DNA of 64,000 bases from an uncultured Methanosarcinaceae archaeon (GCA_963727895.1 CAVSHT010000005.1:320001-384000); one strand, 5' to 3'. Positions 24,140 through 36,220 are shown, counted from the stretch's first letter. Made by a program: numbers and translations. The notes: generated by a model from the letters alone, not told the origin.

Positions 24140-24997
24140 GGTTCCGTTGCAAAAAATATCTGTTAAGGATATAATCAAATAAAAGGGAAGTAAAGGATAA
24201 TGACATGCTATCTAATCCCTTTAAATGGAAGCATTTTGTGGGTGAAATTATTTTATTGAATGTTAGATGGTACTTAAAATATCCATTAAGTTATCGAAAT
24301 TTAAAGGAAATGATGGCAGAAAGGGAAGTAATAGTCAACCATACAACCATATTATGAGATGGGTACATCAATACTCTCCTGAAATCGAAAAGAAGGTACG
24401 TAGATATTTAAGACCAACTAATAACTCTTGGAGAGTTGATGAAACTTACATCAGAGTTAAAGGTAAATGGAAATATTTTTACCGAGCAGTTGACTCAAAT
24501 GGAGATACAATTGATTTCATGTTAAGTGCAAAACGAGACCAAAAAGCAGCAAAACGTTTCTTTAAGAAAGCTCTGAATTCTAATCATGATCAAATTCCAA
24601 GAGTAATCACAGTTGATAAAAATCCAGCTTATCCACCTGCTATAAATAAACTGAAAAATGATAAAATACTACCTATAAACGTAGGCATTCGACAAATCAA
24701 GTATTTGAATAACATTATAGAACAAGATCATAGATCCATTAAACGAATAGTTAATCCAATGTTAGGATTTCAGTCTTTTCATACAGCCATTAAAACTTTA
24801 AAAGGAATTGAAGCGATGAATATGATTAAAAAAGGACAAGTCAAGAATCTAAATTACTCTGGTCTTAATGAAGCTAAATATATTAATCAATTATTTGGAA
24901 TAGTTCTATAATATTGACACATCTTTTTGAATATTTTAACTTTTGTTCATTGTCTGTAGATTTACGTGCTGATTCTGAAATTTTTTGCAACGGAACC
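24140..24997 (+). mobile_element. IS6-family element (same frameshift as the 9963 copy)
   Basis: TIRs present; near-identical to 9963-10820. Confidence 0.95.
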
Positions 24998-25122
24998 CTT
25001 CTTGGCAAGGTTGAGAAGAAAGACAAAGTGTTATCGAAGAGTCTTGAAATGCTAAAGTACTCGGTGATTCTATTGATGAAATACAGAAATAAAGAGCTAA
25101 CTATGTTTAGTTAACAATACCA
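24998..25122 (+). mobile_element. IS1 3'-end fragment abutting IS6
   Basis: Encodes SLEMLKYSVILLMKYRNKE and ends in CAATACC. Confidence 0.85.
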
Positions 25123-25216
25123 AAAAGATATTGGATCATTATTTTAAAGATCCAATTTTATATTATTCAGTAGCTTTTGGCTTGTACTACTTTACCAATA
25201 GCCAATCATGTCCTTA

Positions 25217-25360
25217 TTAACGATGTCCGTATCCACCATGGCCTCCGTATCCGTCGGGACTTTGTGCGCTTACTGAAGCAGCTGTCAATGATACTACAAA
25301 AAGGACAGCTATTAAGACAACAGTTGTTTTCTTTATCCTCTTGAAAATATGTTTTCCCAT
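25217..25360 (-). CDS. 47-aa secreted Gly/His/Tyr-rich peptide (not in ORF track)
   Basis: MGKHIFKRIKKTTVVLIAVLFVVSLTAASVSA-QSPDGYGGHGGYGHR, with GGGAG upstream. Confidence 0.55.
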   Translation of the reverse strand: MGKHIFKRIKKTTVVLIAVLFVVSLTAASVSAQSPDGYGGHGGYGHR

Positions 25361-25937
25361 TTGTTTAAACTCCCACTATTGATCATTTTTTACAACGCCA
25401 AAAAGTACAACTTAATACAATTTGAGATATATGTCCTAAATTTAATAGCCAGATTGAAATTGTATCAAATATCAAACTATCAAATCTCAAACTGCATAAT
25501 GAGGTAATATTGTATCATATATAACGTCAGTAGAAATATAATTTAGAATGCAATAATAATCAAAAGCAGATTTTATTTATTCAACTTCACCAGATCCCTG
25601 TTTAGAAGAGATATCTTTAAAATACATTTCTCATTAATGTGTTATGTTCTTTTTACATAGATCGAAGGTGAAATACAGAGGCTAATTAATCCTTAAATAA
25701 AGGTTCTGTCAAGTCTACGAGGGATAACAATTTTTATCAGCTACTGTTGGTTGAATTATAAAATGTCCATCCCTCATAGACTTCACAGTACCCTTCAAGT
25801 AAATGCAAAAAAAGACTTAAAAGATATTGGAGACTTTTATAGTTCTGAGTGGATTCAAACCACTTTCTCAGGCACCAGAGGCCTCGAAAACGACATATTT
25901 ACTGTAACAGACGAAGACGTTATGAAATAAAGTTTAT

Positions 25938-26246
25938 TCAAGAGTTGTTCAGGTCATTCAGCCTCATCTGAGCCATCTCTATATCCATCTTTGAAACCTT
26001 TTTGGAATCCTCTAGCATAATCGCTTTTTTTGCGGAATGAGCGTGGTGAGACCAGCCAGCTCCATATTCACTTTGCTCAGCGTGATTTACACCGGCTTTG
26101 TATCCTGCGGTGTAACCTGCCAAGTCCCCTTTATTATATTCTTTTTGGGTTGCACTCACTGCTGTAGCTGTTATTGGAGCTAAAAAAAGGACGGCAAGCA
26201 AAATTGTCAATGTTTTTTTAATTTTATTAGACGCTTGATTTTTCAT
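25938..26246 (-). pseudogene. Small secreted GYxxG-repeat protein, probable frameshift in an A-run near 26025
   Basis: Same leader type as 14286 and 25217. The alternative frame gives SDYARGFQKGFKDGYRDG, matching the upstream GYTAGYKAG pattern. Confidence 0.55.
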
Positions 26247-26844
26247 TATATACACCCGAAGTTTATGATGATAGAAAGAGAGGTTATGTTGCAAAAATTC
26301 TATTCTCGTAGTTTGAGGCTATAATTGGTACCTTTATGTACTATTTTTCCGGATGATGTGAATGACTAACTTTTCTAACTGTGAAGTTTTCACTTGTTTT
26401 GTAACGAAGCCAGATTTTTTGCAATGGAACCAAAAAATATTGTAACCTTGTATAAACCAATAATCTTCGGAAACATTCTCCAAAAAAAATAGTATATACT
26501 TAAAAACTTTCTGAAAAATTAAATTTTTAGAGAATTTGCTGCATACTAAAGTTTACTTTTGTCCTAAATTTTATGTAACAGAACCTCATATAATACCTAA
26601 TATAGTAACTTATTGAAATTTATGAATTTACAGTCTATTTTTTACACTGCTTATATTCACAACATCGCAAAAAATATTTGTGTCACTTATATATGTATTA
26701 ATTTACCATTCTCTAATTATTTAAAAACTATAGCCATCAGTTCAAGATGGTTTATCAGAGATTATTTCTCAGTGTCAAACTGATGACTATTATTTATTCA
26801 CTCATATTTAATATATTTTGTTTATAATGTATCTGAACTTGTTC

Positions 26845-26892
26845 TTAACAGCCCCAGCCACATCCACCGAAGCCACCAAATAATCCAAACAT
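26845..26892 (-). CDS. Putative 15-aa micropeptide MFGLFGGFGGCGWGC
   Basis: GGAGG a few nt upstream of ATG. A GC-rich island in AT-rich DNA. Confidence 0.4.
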   Translation of the reverse strand: MFGLFGGFGGCGWGC

Positions 26893-27180
26893 ATTGTGTT
26901 TCCTCCAACTATTATATTATTTTATGTTTTTAAGAGTATATCAAAGATCTTTAATTAACCCTAAAATTTACTCAAGTGACACTTTCATAGCAAGTTTAAT
27001 AGAAATTATTTGAGATATCACTCTCATTTGGAAAGTAATGGTTTTACCATGAAAGTGTAATTAAAAATAGAATTGTACTTATATACCAAGACAAGAATAA
27101 TTTATTCTTAATAAAAATAGTTTTTATAAAAATAAAAGCGAAATATGGAAAATTAAATAGATATTGTTCTCCAATCGAAC

Positions 27181-27411
27181 TTATTTGCCTTGTTTGATCA
27201 TTTCCTGAACCTGTTTAATATCGGTTATAGCTTTTTTCTTCAGCGCAATCATCTTTTCCATATCACTTATTTTTGCTTCAATCCATTGTATTTTCAGATC
27301 CGTTGCCATTAATGCAATTTTCTTTTTCTGTTCTTCAGTCATATTTTTCAAAAATTCTGGTGTTGAGCCACATTGCATTAAAGGATGTTCTGTTGATTGT
27401 TCATGTTCCAT
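27181..27411 (-). CDS. Small hypothetical helical protein
   Basis: 76-aa ORF with AAGGA upstream. Confidence 0.55.
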   Translation of the reverse strand: MEHEQSTEHPLMQCGSTPEFLKNMTEEQKKKIALMATDLKIQWIEAKISDMEKMIALKKKAITDIKQVQEMIKQGK

Positions 27412-27781
27412 GTTTAATCATTTCCTTTTTAGATCTCGATAATGGTAACTTTAAGTTATACCAATAATTCATTAGTATCCATATCATATAATATTTAAAG
27501 AAATATAATTAAGAATCTAATATTAATTAAAACAGGATGTTAGATAATCTAAGTTCTCATAAATTGGATCGTATCCCTAAATCAGTTCTGTTGCAAAAAA
27601 TATAAGAATAACCATGTAAATCTGCGGATAATGAACAAAAGTTAAAATATCCAAGAGGAAAGCAATCTACCTATGTGTTTCTCTATGTTTTTTGTATTTG
27701 ATACACGTTAATCGAAGGAAATAAGTGTATTCTTGGTTCCGTTGCAAAAAATATCTGTTAAGGATATAATCAAATAAAAGG

Positions 27782-29304
27782 TGTCAATGCCGGTGAATAG
27801 TTCCTCATTTTAGCCGGATTTAAATTCCCTAATTTCCAATCCTCAAGAAAAGCTTGAGGATCGTAAATAATGCTGAAAATGGAGGAATGGCTATTGATAC
27901 GAGATTTGTATTCACAAGGCTTTAGCATCAGTGAAATCGCCAGAAAAACAGGCTTTGACAGGAAAACTGTAAAGAAATATATTCGGCTGAAAACCTTGCC
28001 CGAACCCCAGAAACGTTCTGGAAGAAAGAGCAAGCTTGATCCTTTCAAACCTTATATTCTTGAAAAACTTAAAGAAGGTCCCTATACTGCTGCTCGCCTA
28101 TTTCGTGAAATAAAAGAAATGGGTTTTGATGGAGGAAAAACCATAGTCAAGGACTTTGTACAAAAAGTCCGACCTGAGCAAAGAACCCCTGCTGTATTTC
28201 GCTACGAAACAAAACCAGGTGTACAGGCTCAGGTAGACTGGGGAGAGATGGGAACAGTTGAAGTGGTTCCGTTGCAAAAAATTTCAGAATCAGCACGTAA
28301 ATCTACAGACAATGAACAAAAGTTAAAATATTCAAAAAGATGTGTCAATATTATAGAACTATTCCAAATAATTGATTAATATATTTAGCTTCATTAAGAC
28401 CAGAGTAATTTAGATTCTTGACTTGTCCTTTTTTAATCATATTCATCGCTTCAATTCCTTTTAAAGTTTTAATGGCTGTATGAAAAGACTGAAATCCTAA
28501 CATTGGATTAACTATTCGTTTAATGGATCTATGATCTTGTTCTATAATGTTATTCAAATACTTGATTTGTCGAATGCCTACGTTTATAGGTAGTATTTTA
28601 TCATTTTTCAGTTTATTTATAGCAGGTGGATAAGCTGGATTTTTATCAACTGTGATTACTCTTGGAATTTGATTATGATTAGAATTCAAAGCTTTCTTAA
28701 AGAAACGTTTTGCTGCTTTTTGGTCTCGTTTTGCACTTAACATGAAATCAATTGTATCTCCATTTGAGTCAACTGCTCGGTAAAAATATTTCCATTTACC
28801 TTTAACTCTGATGTAAGTTTCATCAACTCTCCAAGAGTTATTAGTTGGTCTTAAATATCTACGTACCTTCTTTTCGATTTCAGGAGAGTATTGATGTACC
28901 CATCTCATAATATGGTTGTATGGTTGACTATTACTCCCCTTTCTGCCATCATTTCCTTTAAATTTCGATAACTTAATGGATATTTTAAGTACCATCTAAC
29001 ATTCAATAAAATAATTTCACCCACAAAATTCTTCCATTTAAAGGGATTAGATAGCATGTCATTATCCTTTACTTCTCTTTTATTTGATTATATCCTTAAC
29101 AGATATTTTTTGCAACGGAACCCTACGACGATTAATATCAAAGGGGAAAGTTACAGGCTGAAAGAAAGGAAGAAACAGGGTATAAAAACAGGAAATCTAT
29201 ACCAGTAATTTTTAACAAGTTCATGAAAAATTGAGTAAACTTTATATCACAAGGTGGGGAAAATTAATCCGGCCAAAATGGGGAAAAGTAAACCGGCATT
29301 GACA
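27782..29304 (+). mobile_element. IS21-family element, internally deleted by IS6
   Basis: Ends TGTCAATGCCGG...CCGGCATTGACA. istA 5' part (SISEIARKTGFDRKTVKKY, RYETKPGVQAQVDWG) at 27870-28264. istB tail INIKGESYRLKE at 29123-29208. Confidence 0.9.
28265..29122 (-). mobile_element. IS6-family element (same frameshift), nested in IS21
   Basis: TIRs present; near-identical to the 9963 and 24140 copies. Confidence 0.95.
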
Positions 29305-30027
29305 CAAATAATTGGTTAATATATTTAGCTTCATTAAAGCCAGAGTAATTTAGATTCTCGAGTTGTCCTTTTTTAATCATATTCATTTTGGCCCCAGTAA
29401 TCAAGTTTATGCGGATCTCTTAAAGTCTAGTCAACATTTTATGTAATATTTTGCGTTTTTCTGAACATTTTCAGTAAAATCTCGGTTTTTGAAGCAGATA
29501 TTATCTTAAAAAGCAACATTTATAATTTATTGATGCTTTTTAAAATATATGGAATATTCGAAAATAACTACTGCAGATATTCAAAGAGAACTTGAAGAAC
29601 TAGAAGATCCAGTTATACATATACTGAACATGGAATTATGATATCACACATATCCTGTAATAAATTTATATTTTTATTCTGAGATTTTTGCAACGGAACT
29701 ATAATGTATGATCCTAAAAAAGATATGTATTGAAATATACTATTTTTCAACAACAATACCGTTTTTGGAGAAATAATTTTTTTAGTACTCTATTATTATA
29801 TAGACATGTGTATGTAACTAAGCCACCAAAACCGACAAAATTGATTCCATTGCAAAAATAATTTTTCTGTACTTTGGGGCTATAATTGATATCTTTATGT
29901 ACTCTTATTATTTCGAGTGATAATAATTATTAATTTTTCTAATTGTGAAGTTTTCACTGATTTTGTAACAAAGCCAGATTTTTTGCACTATAACCTGTTA
30001 AAATACTCAGAACACCTAATTCATAAT

Positions 30028-30240
30028 ATGAATAAAAGGGATGTATTAAACAAAATCGATGAATTATGTTTAGTTTATGAAAACGGAGTTTTGTCACATC
30101 CTTACTGGTATATTCCTCCAAATAAAAGACATTTAATTGAAATTCATGATAGATTATTCAAAGGTAAACGCGAGATGACTTTAACTTTAGAAGAAGTAGC
30201 AGCATTATTTTTGGTCAACAAATTAATGTACCTTAATTGA
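30028..30240 (+). CDS. Hypothetical protein
   Basis: ORF from MNKRDVL. The upstream part of the track ORF overlaps an IS6-end remnant. Confidence 0.4.
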   Translation: MNKRDVLNKIDELCLVYENGVLSHPYWYIPPNKRHLIEIHDRLFKGKREMTLTLEEVAALFLVNKLMYLN

Positions 30241-30420
30241 GAATTATAACAATACTTTTAAATTATTTTTCCTTTTTGTGTATCTCCTCAGTGCCGGATC
30301 CACGCATATCTGACATGGCTACAGGCTTAAATCAATATGTAAAAACTATTCCTAAAAAGAGAATATCGCATGGAGCCTGTAGGTAGAGATAATTAAATAG
30401 TTCGAAATAGAGTGGAATAT

Positions 30421-30675
30421 ATGACTAAAATGACACTAATCGAAGCACTGGAGAAACTTGCATTAATCAAAAAAAACGGGCTTGATACACTGATCCAGAT
30501 CCCAGATAATACAGATAGACCTATCACAATAAGCAAGGCAATTAAAGCAATTCGGAGCCACACTTCAGACACTTCTGAAGCTGATAATTATGTCATAAGT
30601 GGTGACGGAATCCAGAAAGTTGAAGATTATGGATATTTAGGCGAGATTGTATATCAAATCAGAGAAGAAAACTAA
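30421..30675 (+). CDS. Hypothetical protein
   Basis: 84-aa ORF with protein-like composition. Confidence 0.55.
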   Translation: MTKMTLIEALEKLALIKKNGLDTLIQIPDNTDRPITISKAIKAIRSHTSDTSEADNYVISGDGIQKVEDYGYLGEIVYQIREEN

Positions 30676-31039
30676 AACAGCCTTTACTCTTCATATAAAT
30701 ACTAGTAACTATTCAGCTTACCAAAATTAGTTGGTTGATCTCGATTTGGATATAACCGATAAGTGTGATTACTAACCACTGAGTAAAGAAAAATGCAATC
30801 AATAACCAACAATTAGCAAAAGTTAGTATGGTTCCATTGCAAAAATTTTAGAAACAAAGCAATGCATAGTTTTTGTGCTAAAAACTGAGCATCAGTGGAT
30901 AGTATAATATCATTGGATAGCATAATTATTCTCTTGGGAAATATTTAAGGAAAAACATTTATTAAAGAGTTCATTCCAAAACTTGATTCCTTATTGCTGT
31001 TAAAATTACAATTCCAGAGTGTGATATTTACTTCCGTCG

Positions 31040-31220
31040 AATACCCCGCTAGCTTGCTGCGGGGATGGAAACTTCCCCGGTAACCGTTGAAATAATATAA
31101 TTTACAATTCCATTTTTTGGTTACTAACTTCTGCTTAAACTAAATTATTTAGGGTTATTATTTCCTTTAACGGAATTTCAAGCGGTGGTGTGAACATACC
31201 CCGTTGCTTGCAGCGGGGTG
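31040..31220. repeat. Pair of GC-rich hairpins (REP / IS200-605 end-like)
   Basis: ATACCCCGCTAGCTTGCTGCGGGGAT and ATACCCCGTTGCTTGCAGCGGGGT about 150 bp apart. Confidence 0.55.
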
Positions 31221-31500
31221 CGCCAGCGCAACTTTGATTTAACTTCATATCCTGTAAATGCCTTTTTATGTACTCAAATACCTCAATACGCTCTTTTTTA
31301 GATACTGTCAGAACTGTCAATTATATCTCGCCACTAATTTAATTGTTTTTTGTATTTGTTTTCTTCTCTGTACCTAAACTCCTCAACAGTGAAACATTTT
31401 CATAAAATTTTAAATTAGTTAAAATAGTTTAAGTGTGTAATAGGGTACAAATATTGATAGTTTTTATTGAAAAGCAAATGAACGATGAAGGAATAGAATA

Positions 31501-32190
31501 ATGAGAAACCATGAAAAGTTGCATAAGTTGGCTTTAGCTTTGTTGGCTATAATACTGATTATAATTATTGTTTCTTCAGTGACTTCGGCTGCAGCTCTAA
31601 ATGTCGGACCAAAAGATAAGTATAAAACTATCCAGAAAGCAGCAAATGCCGCGCATGATGGAGACACTATCAAGGTAGCTCCTGGCACATACAAAGAAAA
31701 TGTCAGGATCACTAAAGATCTAACGTTTTTAGGTACAAAATACCCTAAAGTTAATGGTTTCTATTTAAACGGAGGCAGATGTACAATAAACGGCTTTTCT
31801 ATCCAGAAATACGGATTTAGCAGCAATTATGCAGGTGTTGGAATCATACGCAATAACTATTTTTATAATTGTGATATCGATTTGGCTGGAGGAGTGACTA
31901 GTTCTTCTTCTATAATTAATAATCAGATCATAGGTGGCACAATTATATTATATGATACTATAATGGGAGGGATAACCATCACAGGAAACACTATCTCAAA
32001 GTCAAAGTGCGGGCTTTATTTAGGAGATCTGGCTGGGCTTCCATTGGTTTCAAAAAACACATTTAAAAATTGTGGATACGGAGTTTATATTTATACTGAT
32101 ACTTATCCAGGGCGATTGGATACGTTTACAAATAATAAATATATAAATAACAAAGTTAAGATTGGATGGGGTACTGATTATTATCTATAA
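31501..32190 (+). CDS. Secreted right-handed beta-helix (NosD/pectin-lyase-like) protein
   Basis: Signal peptide, YKTIQKAANAAHDGDTIKVAPGTYKENV and IxNN repeats. Confidence 0.82.
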   Translation: MRNHEKLHKLALALLAIILIIIIVSSVTSAAALNVGPKDKYKTIQKAANAAHDGDTIKVAPGTYKENVRITKDLTFLGTKYPKVNGFYLNGGRCTINGFSIQKYGFSSNYAGVGIIRNNYFYNCDIDLAGGVTSSSSIINNQIIGGTIILYDTIMGGITITGNTISKSKCGLYLGDLAGLPLVSKNTFKNCGYGVYIYTDTYPGRLDTFTNNKYINNKVKIGWGTDYYL

Positions 32191-32547
32191 CGTATCCTCT
32201 TCAAATTGTATGGGTAAAAGTAAACTTCATGTATTTACTGAATATTTAAAAATTTAATAAAATTAAAGAAACAACCGCATGCGATTCATTCAACTTTACA
32301 ACTGTCTGATAAAATTGGTGCATGTTTTTCGAGTCGGAAAATTCTCCATTGAATTTGAAGAGAATACGATTTTATTAGCATTGGGATTTATTAATTATTG
32401 GGATTTATCAGCTATTGGGATTTATTGTCTATTATTTGGAATGAGGATGCGTAAATATTTCATATCATCTCCTTCTTTTTTGGACTTATCGGTAGTTATT
32501 TGAAAAGAAAAGGGTAAAGAGTTTTTATATATCTCCTCTGTCAAAGT

Positions 32548-33423
32548 TTATGCTTCAGTGCTGTTCTCTGCATTGTTTTTAGGCATACTTCCTGGTTCTA
32601 TTGGACAATTGCCTCCATGATGCATCATATCTCCATCTCTCATTCCGGGCTCCATCCCAAACATTATATGAGAAGAGGACATTACTTTCTTAAGATCTTC
32701 TAGTGAATTTGCTCCTTTGACATTTTCTAATAGATTCTTGAGTTCTGTGATCCCGCTGCTAAGGTTTTCACTCATGTTCTCATTGGTAGTGCTTTCTGCC
32801 TTGGTTTCCATCTTTTCAAGATGCTCTATTTCCATTTCAATTGAATCAGTAGCTTGGGTTTGCATTTGGGTGAATACAATATTCTTTAGTTCTTCTGCGC
32901 TGGAAGCTGAACTTATTTTACTGGAGAAGTTTTCAAGGTTAGTTATTTTTTCATTGAGCATCGTAGTCATATTTTCATCAGTTGTGTTATTCAGCTGACC
33001 ATTAAGCATTTCAGTCATATTTCCAATGTTACTGATCATTTCTTCCTGGACATCAGTGTAATTATCATCAGTTACGGTTTCAACCTTAGATATGTCACAT
33101 AATCCGGACATTTTACCTGCCCCCATATTCATCCCATGAGGTATGTCTGCACATCTCTGATTGGCCAGAACTTTCTGGAGTTCGGAGGCATTGGAAGCTT
33201 TGCTTACATTGCCATAGAAGCCCTGAAGGTCAGTAATTTGTTCATTAATTGAATTCAGCATTTCTTTCTGAATAGTCGCAAAGTTTTCTTTAGTTATATT
33301 TTCCCCAGGAGCAAATACAGGTTTGTTTTCCGAAGCAAAAGCCCCTGAAGGTAGAATACATAATACTACCATTACCGTTGCAAAACGGCAAATTGAGTTT
33401 AATACTGTTGTTTTTATTCTCAT
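32548..33423 (-). CDS. Secreted helical hypothetical protein with internal repeats
   Basis: Signal ending GAFA and repeated (V/I)SxAxxxxEL units. Confidence 0.7.
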   Translation of the reverse strand: MRIKTTVLNSICRFATVMVVLCILPSGAFASENKPVFAPGENITKENFATIQKEMLNSINEQITDLQGFYGNVSKASNASELQKVLANQRCADIPHGMNMGAGKMSGLCDISKVETVTDDNYTDVQEEMISNIGNMTEMLNGQLNNTTDENMTTMLNEKITNLENFSSKISSASSAEELKNIVFTQMQTQATDSIEMEIEHLEKMETKAESTTNENMSENLSSGITELKNLLENVKGANSLEDLKKVMSSSHIMFGMEPGMRDGDMMHHGGNCPIEPGSMPKNNAENSTEA

Positions 33424-34406
33424 AGTTTCTTCCTTTCCTGATTTTTATTTCTGTTTTTCTTTTATTTCATTAGAGTGATCTTTTGTTTTTTACAAAATTT
33501 TTCAGTTTGTATTGTTTCTCTGTCTTTCTTCTGCCTAGTTTTTTCAATATTTTATTTAGTTTATTTTTTTGTTTTTCTTTTTGTCTTCAGAAAATTAACT
33601 GTTGATATTCGTAACATGAGCTGGGAAAAATATATATTTACTTTTCAAAACAAAGGGTATAAGTGAATTTAATTTTAAAAAAAAGCTTTATAAATGCTTT
33701 TAATTCTTAACAAACCTTAAAAAGATAATAGATACTTATCAGAATCCTTAAATGTCATATAGGTTTTGTTGCAAAAAATCCTAATATTGAAGCAAAATTT
33801 GAGTTTCTTATCAAAGAATCTAAAAAAGCAGAATATTTCTCAGATCACATCTTGATTTAGGCAGTTACTCCGAATAACTTGTTTATAATATTGACTTCAG
33901 CATGAACACATCGATTTAGAGTATCAACCTGTCCTTTTTCATGATATACATGCTTTCAATTCCTTTTAAAGTCTTGATAGCAGTATAAAAAGAAGTCTAT
34001 ATTTTAACTTGACTATGTCACATTACAAGGTAAAACGTTATCATTAGATCTCATATCCCAAGTATATTGTTCGTAGTGAAATCGATAACTGCAATTGGAA
34101 TAACTGTCTAATCTGACATAGTCGAGATATATGCCATTTCTTTTTGGTTCTGGAAGCTGTTTCTGCGTAATGTTATGTACTTTGAAATAATTCTGTGGCA
34201 ATATCAATACCCAGACATATCAATCCGAAAATTAAAATAAGTAATGACATTTTTTCAAATGCATATAGCATTGAATAAATACCGATAATCATTAAAGCAG
34301 TAAAAACAAAGATAGTTTTACATATTTTACCCAAACTTTTCACCATTATATCACATATTACGTTACTCTTCTACTTTATTTATACAATTCTTTAATTTAA
34401 TTATAA

Positions 34407-34532
34407 GCCTATCCCAAAACTCAAAATTACTTCTCTGATGCTCAAAGTTGGAATAATCAGTCAAACTTTGGATCACGAAAACAATTCTAAAAATCTATTG
34501 ATTTGGGAACTAAAATTGGTTGGGGGATAGCT
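34407..34532. mobile_element. MITE-like remnant with AGCCTATCCC / GGGATAGCT ends
   Basis: The same end motif GAGCCTATCC(C/G)AAAA also occurs at about 15332 and 34943. Confidence 0.45.
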
Positions 34533-34660
34533 TCGGTATATATGCGTGGCTATGTATATGCAGATTTATAATATATAAAATAAAGATAAGTTTATTAACA
34601 GTTGATAGTTATTGAGGCTGAAATCACTTATAGAGAATAGCCGCCTATGAAATAATACAA

Positions 34661-34942
34661 ATGGATGCAATGGATAAAATATTTGGAAAAACCGCACAGA
34701 TGACAGTCCTTAAGAACCTGATCGAAAAACAGAATGAACCAACCTACCTTTCAGGAATAGCTGAAGAAACCGGTCTGTCCCACGCGAGCGTATCAAGGGT
34801 TATCACCCCTCTGATCGCGTCAGGTATTGCCATAGAAAAACCACTAGGAAAACATATCAGAACTTTCCAGCTAAACATGGAAAGTGAAGCAACAAATGCT
34901 ATAGTTGATTTTTACAGCAAAATCAACGAAATACTAAATTAA
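34661..34942 (+). CDS. Winged-helix DNA-binding protein
   Basis: HTH segment YLSGIAEETGLSHASVSRVITPL. Confidence 0.8.
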   Translation: MDAMDKIFGKTAQMTVLKNLIEKQNEPTYLSGIAEETGLSHASVSRVITPLIASGIAIEKPLGKHIRTFQLNMESEATNAIVDFYSKINEILN

Positions 34943-35435
34943 GAGCCTATCCGAAAAGTGGTTATCTGCGGTTCTGTTGCAAAAAAATCATAATTTTGAA
35001 GCAAAAATTCAGTTTCACAACAAAGAACATAATAAAGCAGAATATTTTTCATATAACATCTAGATTTAAGCACTATCAAGACCAGTTTACTTTTTCTCAC
35101 TTGGCTGGTTTACTGTAAAAAACCTAAAAGTTTTTACCATGTTCAGGTTTTATTGTAAAACCGGTGTTAAAACTCTAATTTTGCAGGATGGTTTGAGATA
35201 CGAACTTTTTGAGATACAAAGTTCGGATTTGAACAGAACGGAAAAGAATTTAATCTATTTCAATTAATGATGTCTTGCAGGTCGGCAACCTATGTCACCT
35301 CGTTAAATTGTGTTCGTTGGCCTGTTACAACTATACAGTTTTGAGGTAAGTCACGGTATACTGAAAAAAGTTGTTTTAAGGTCATGTTGCCTAACTTAGT
35401 TTTCTAGGGTAAAAATTGAAAAAGAAAATTTTTAT

Positions 35436-35729
35436 TTACTCTATTGTTTCGATTTTCTCTTTCTTGACAAAGGGCTTATCTATTTTCTCAGGCATCCAGC
35501 TAGGCCTATTTTCGGGAGCTTTTACAGTTTCTTTCCATCCCTTGAAAACGTGTACTTTCTTTGTTCCGCGTTCTCTAAGACGAATAATCTCCGGTTTGGA
35601 TTTTGTCCCAGCACCCCGATTTGCAGCTTTCAAAGCAGCCTGTCGAGGCTGTTTCCCTGTGAAGACTCCATGCTCATTGCCATTCTCATCTCGTAAAACA
35701 AAATTTCTCGCATCGGCTATAATAGTCAC
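35436..35729 (-). CDS. Chromosomal protein MC1 (start codon probably ATG>ATA at 35718-35720)
   Basis: RNFVLRDENGNEHGVFTGKQPRQAALKAANRG...RLRERGTKKVHVF...PSWMPEKI. Confidence 0.93.
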   Translation of the reverse strand: MTIIADARNFVLRDENGNEHGVFTGKQPRQAALKAANRGAGTKSKPEIIRLRERGTKKVHVFKGWKETVKAPENRPSWMPEKIDKPFVKKEKIETIE

Positions 35730-35824
35730 CTCGAAAATTAATCGCTAGATACTGTATAAATTTCTAACTATATAAAGCACTTCCACAAATGCTGGCGATA
35801 GCCATTGGTTTTTGCAACGGAACC

Positions 35825-35972
35825 GTATAGTTATAGCCACAATCAGAGCATTTGTACCGTTGACGCCCGCCAACTATACCATTCTTATTGTAATTAGAAC
35901 TATTGCATCTTAGGCAGTTCATGCAGAAATATAGGTTCTCATAATAAATAACTATAGTTAATTATCAAAGCC
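35825..35972 (-). mobile_element. IS1 5'-end fragment cut by an IS6-type end (35808-35824)
   Basis: CAAAGCC end and MNC...GRQRYKCSDCGYNY, then TTTTGCAACGGAACC. Confidence 0.8.
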
Positions 35973-36220
35973 AATTTAAAATAGTCTCTATAAATCAGTG
36001 TATTTGTTCATCAAAAAATAAATGTAGAAATTGAATTAAGCAAAGAGAAAAATAAGACGAATATGGTATTAAAGCCATTTAGAAAGATTAAATTCCTCAC
36101 CAGTAATTTTACACAAATTTGCATATCCAATTTCAATCCCTACGCTTGTTAAGAATATATGATTTAATATGGACATATTAAATTTATCAAAGAAAGGTTT
36201 GATTCTAAAATCTTCTTTCT

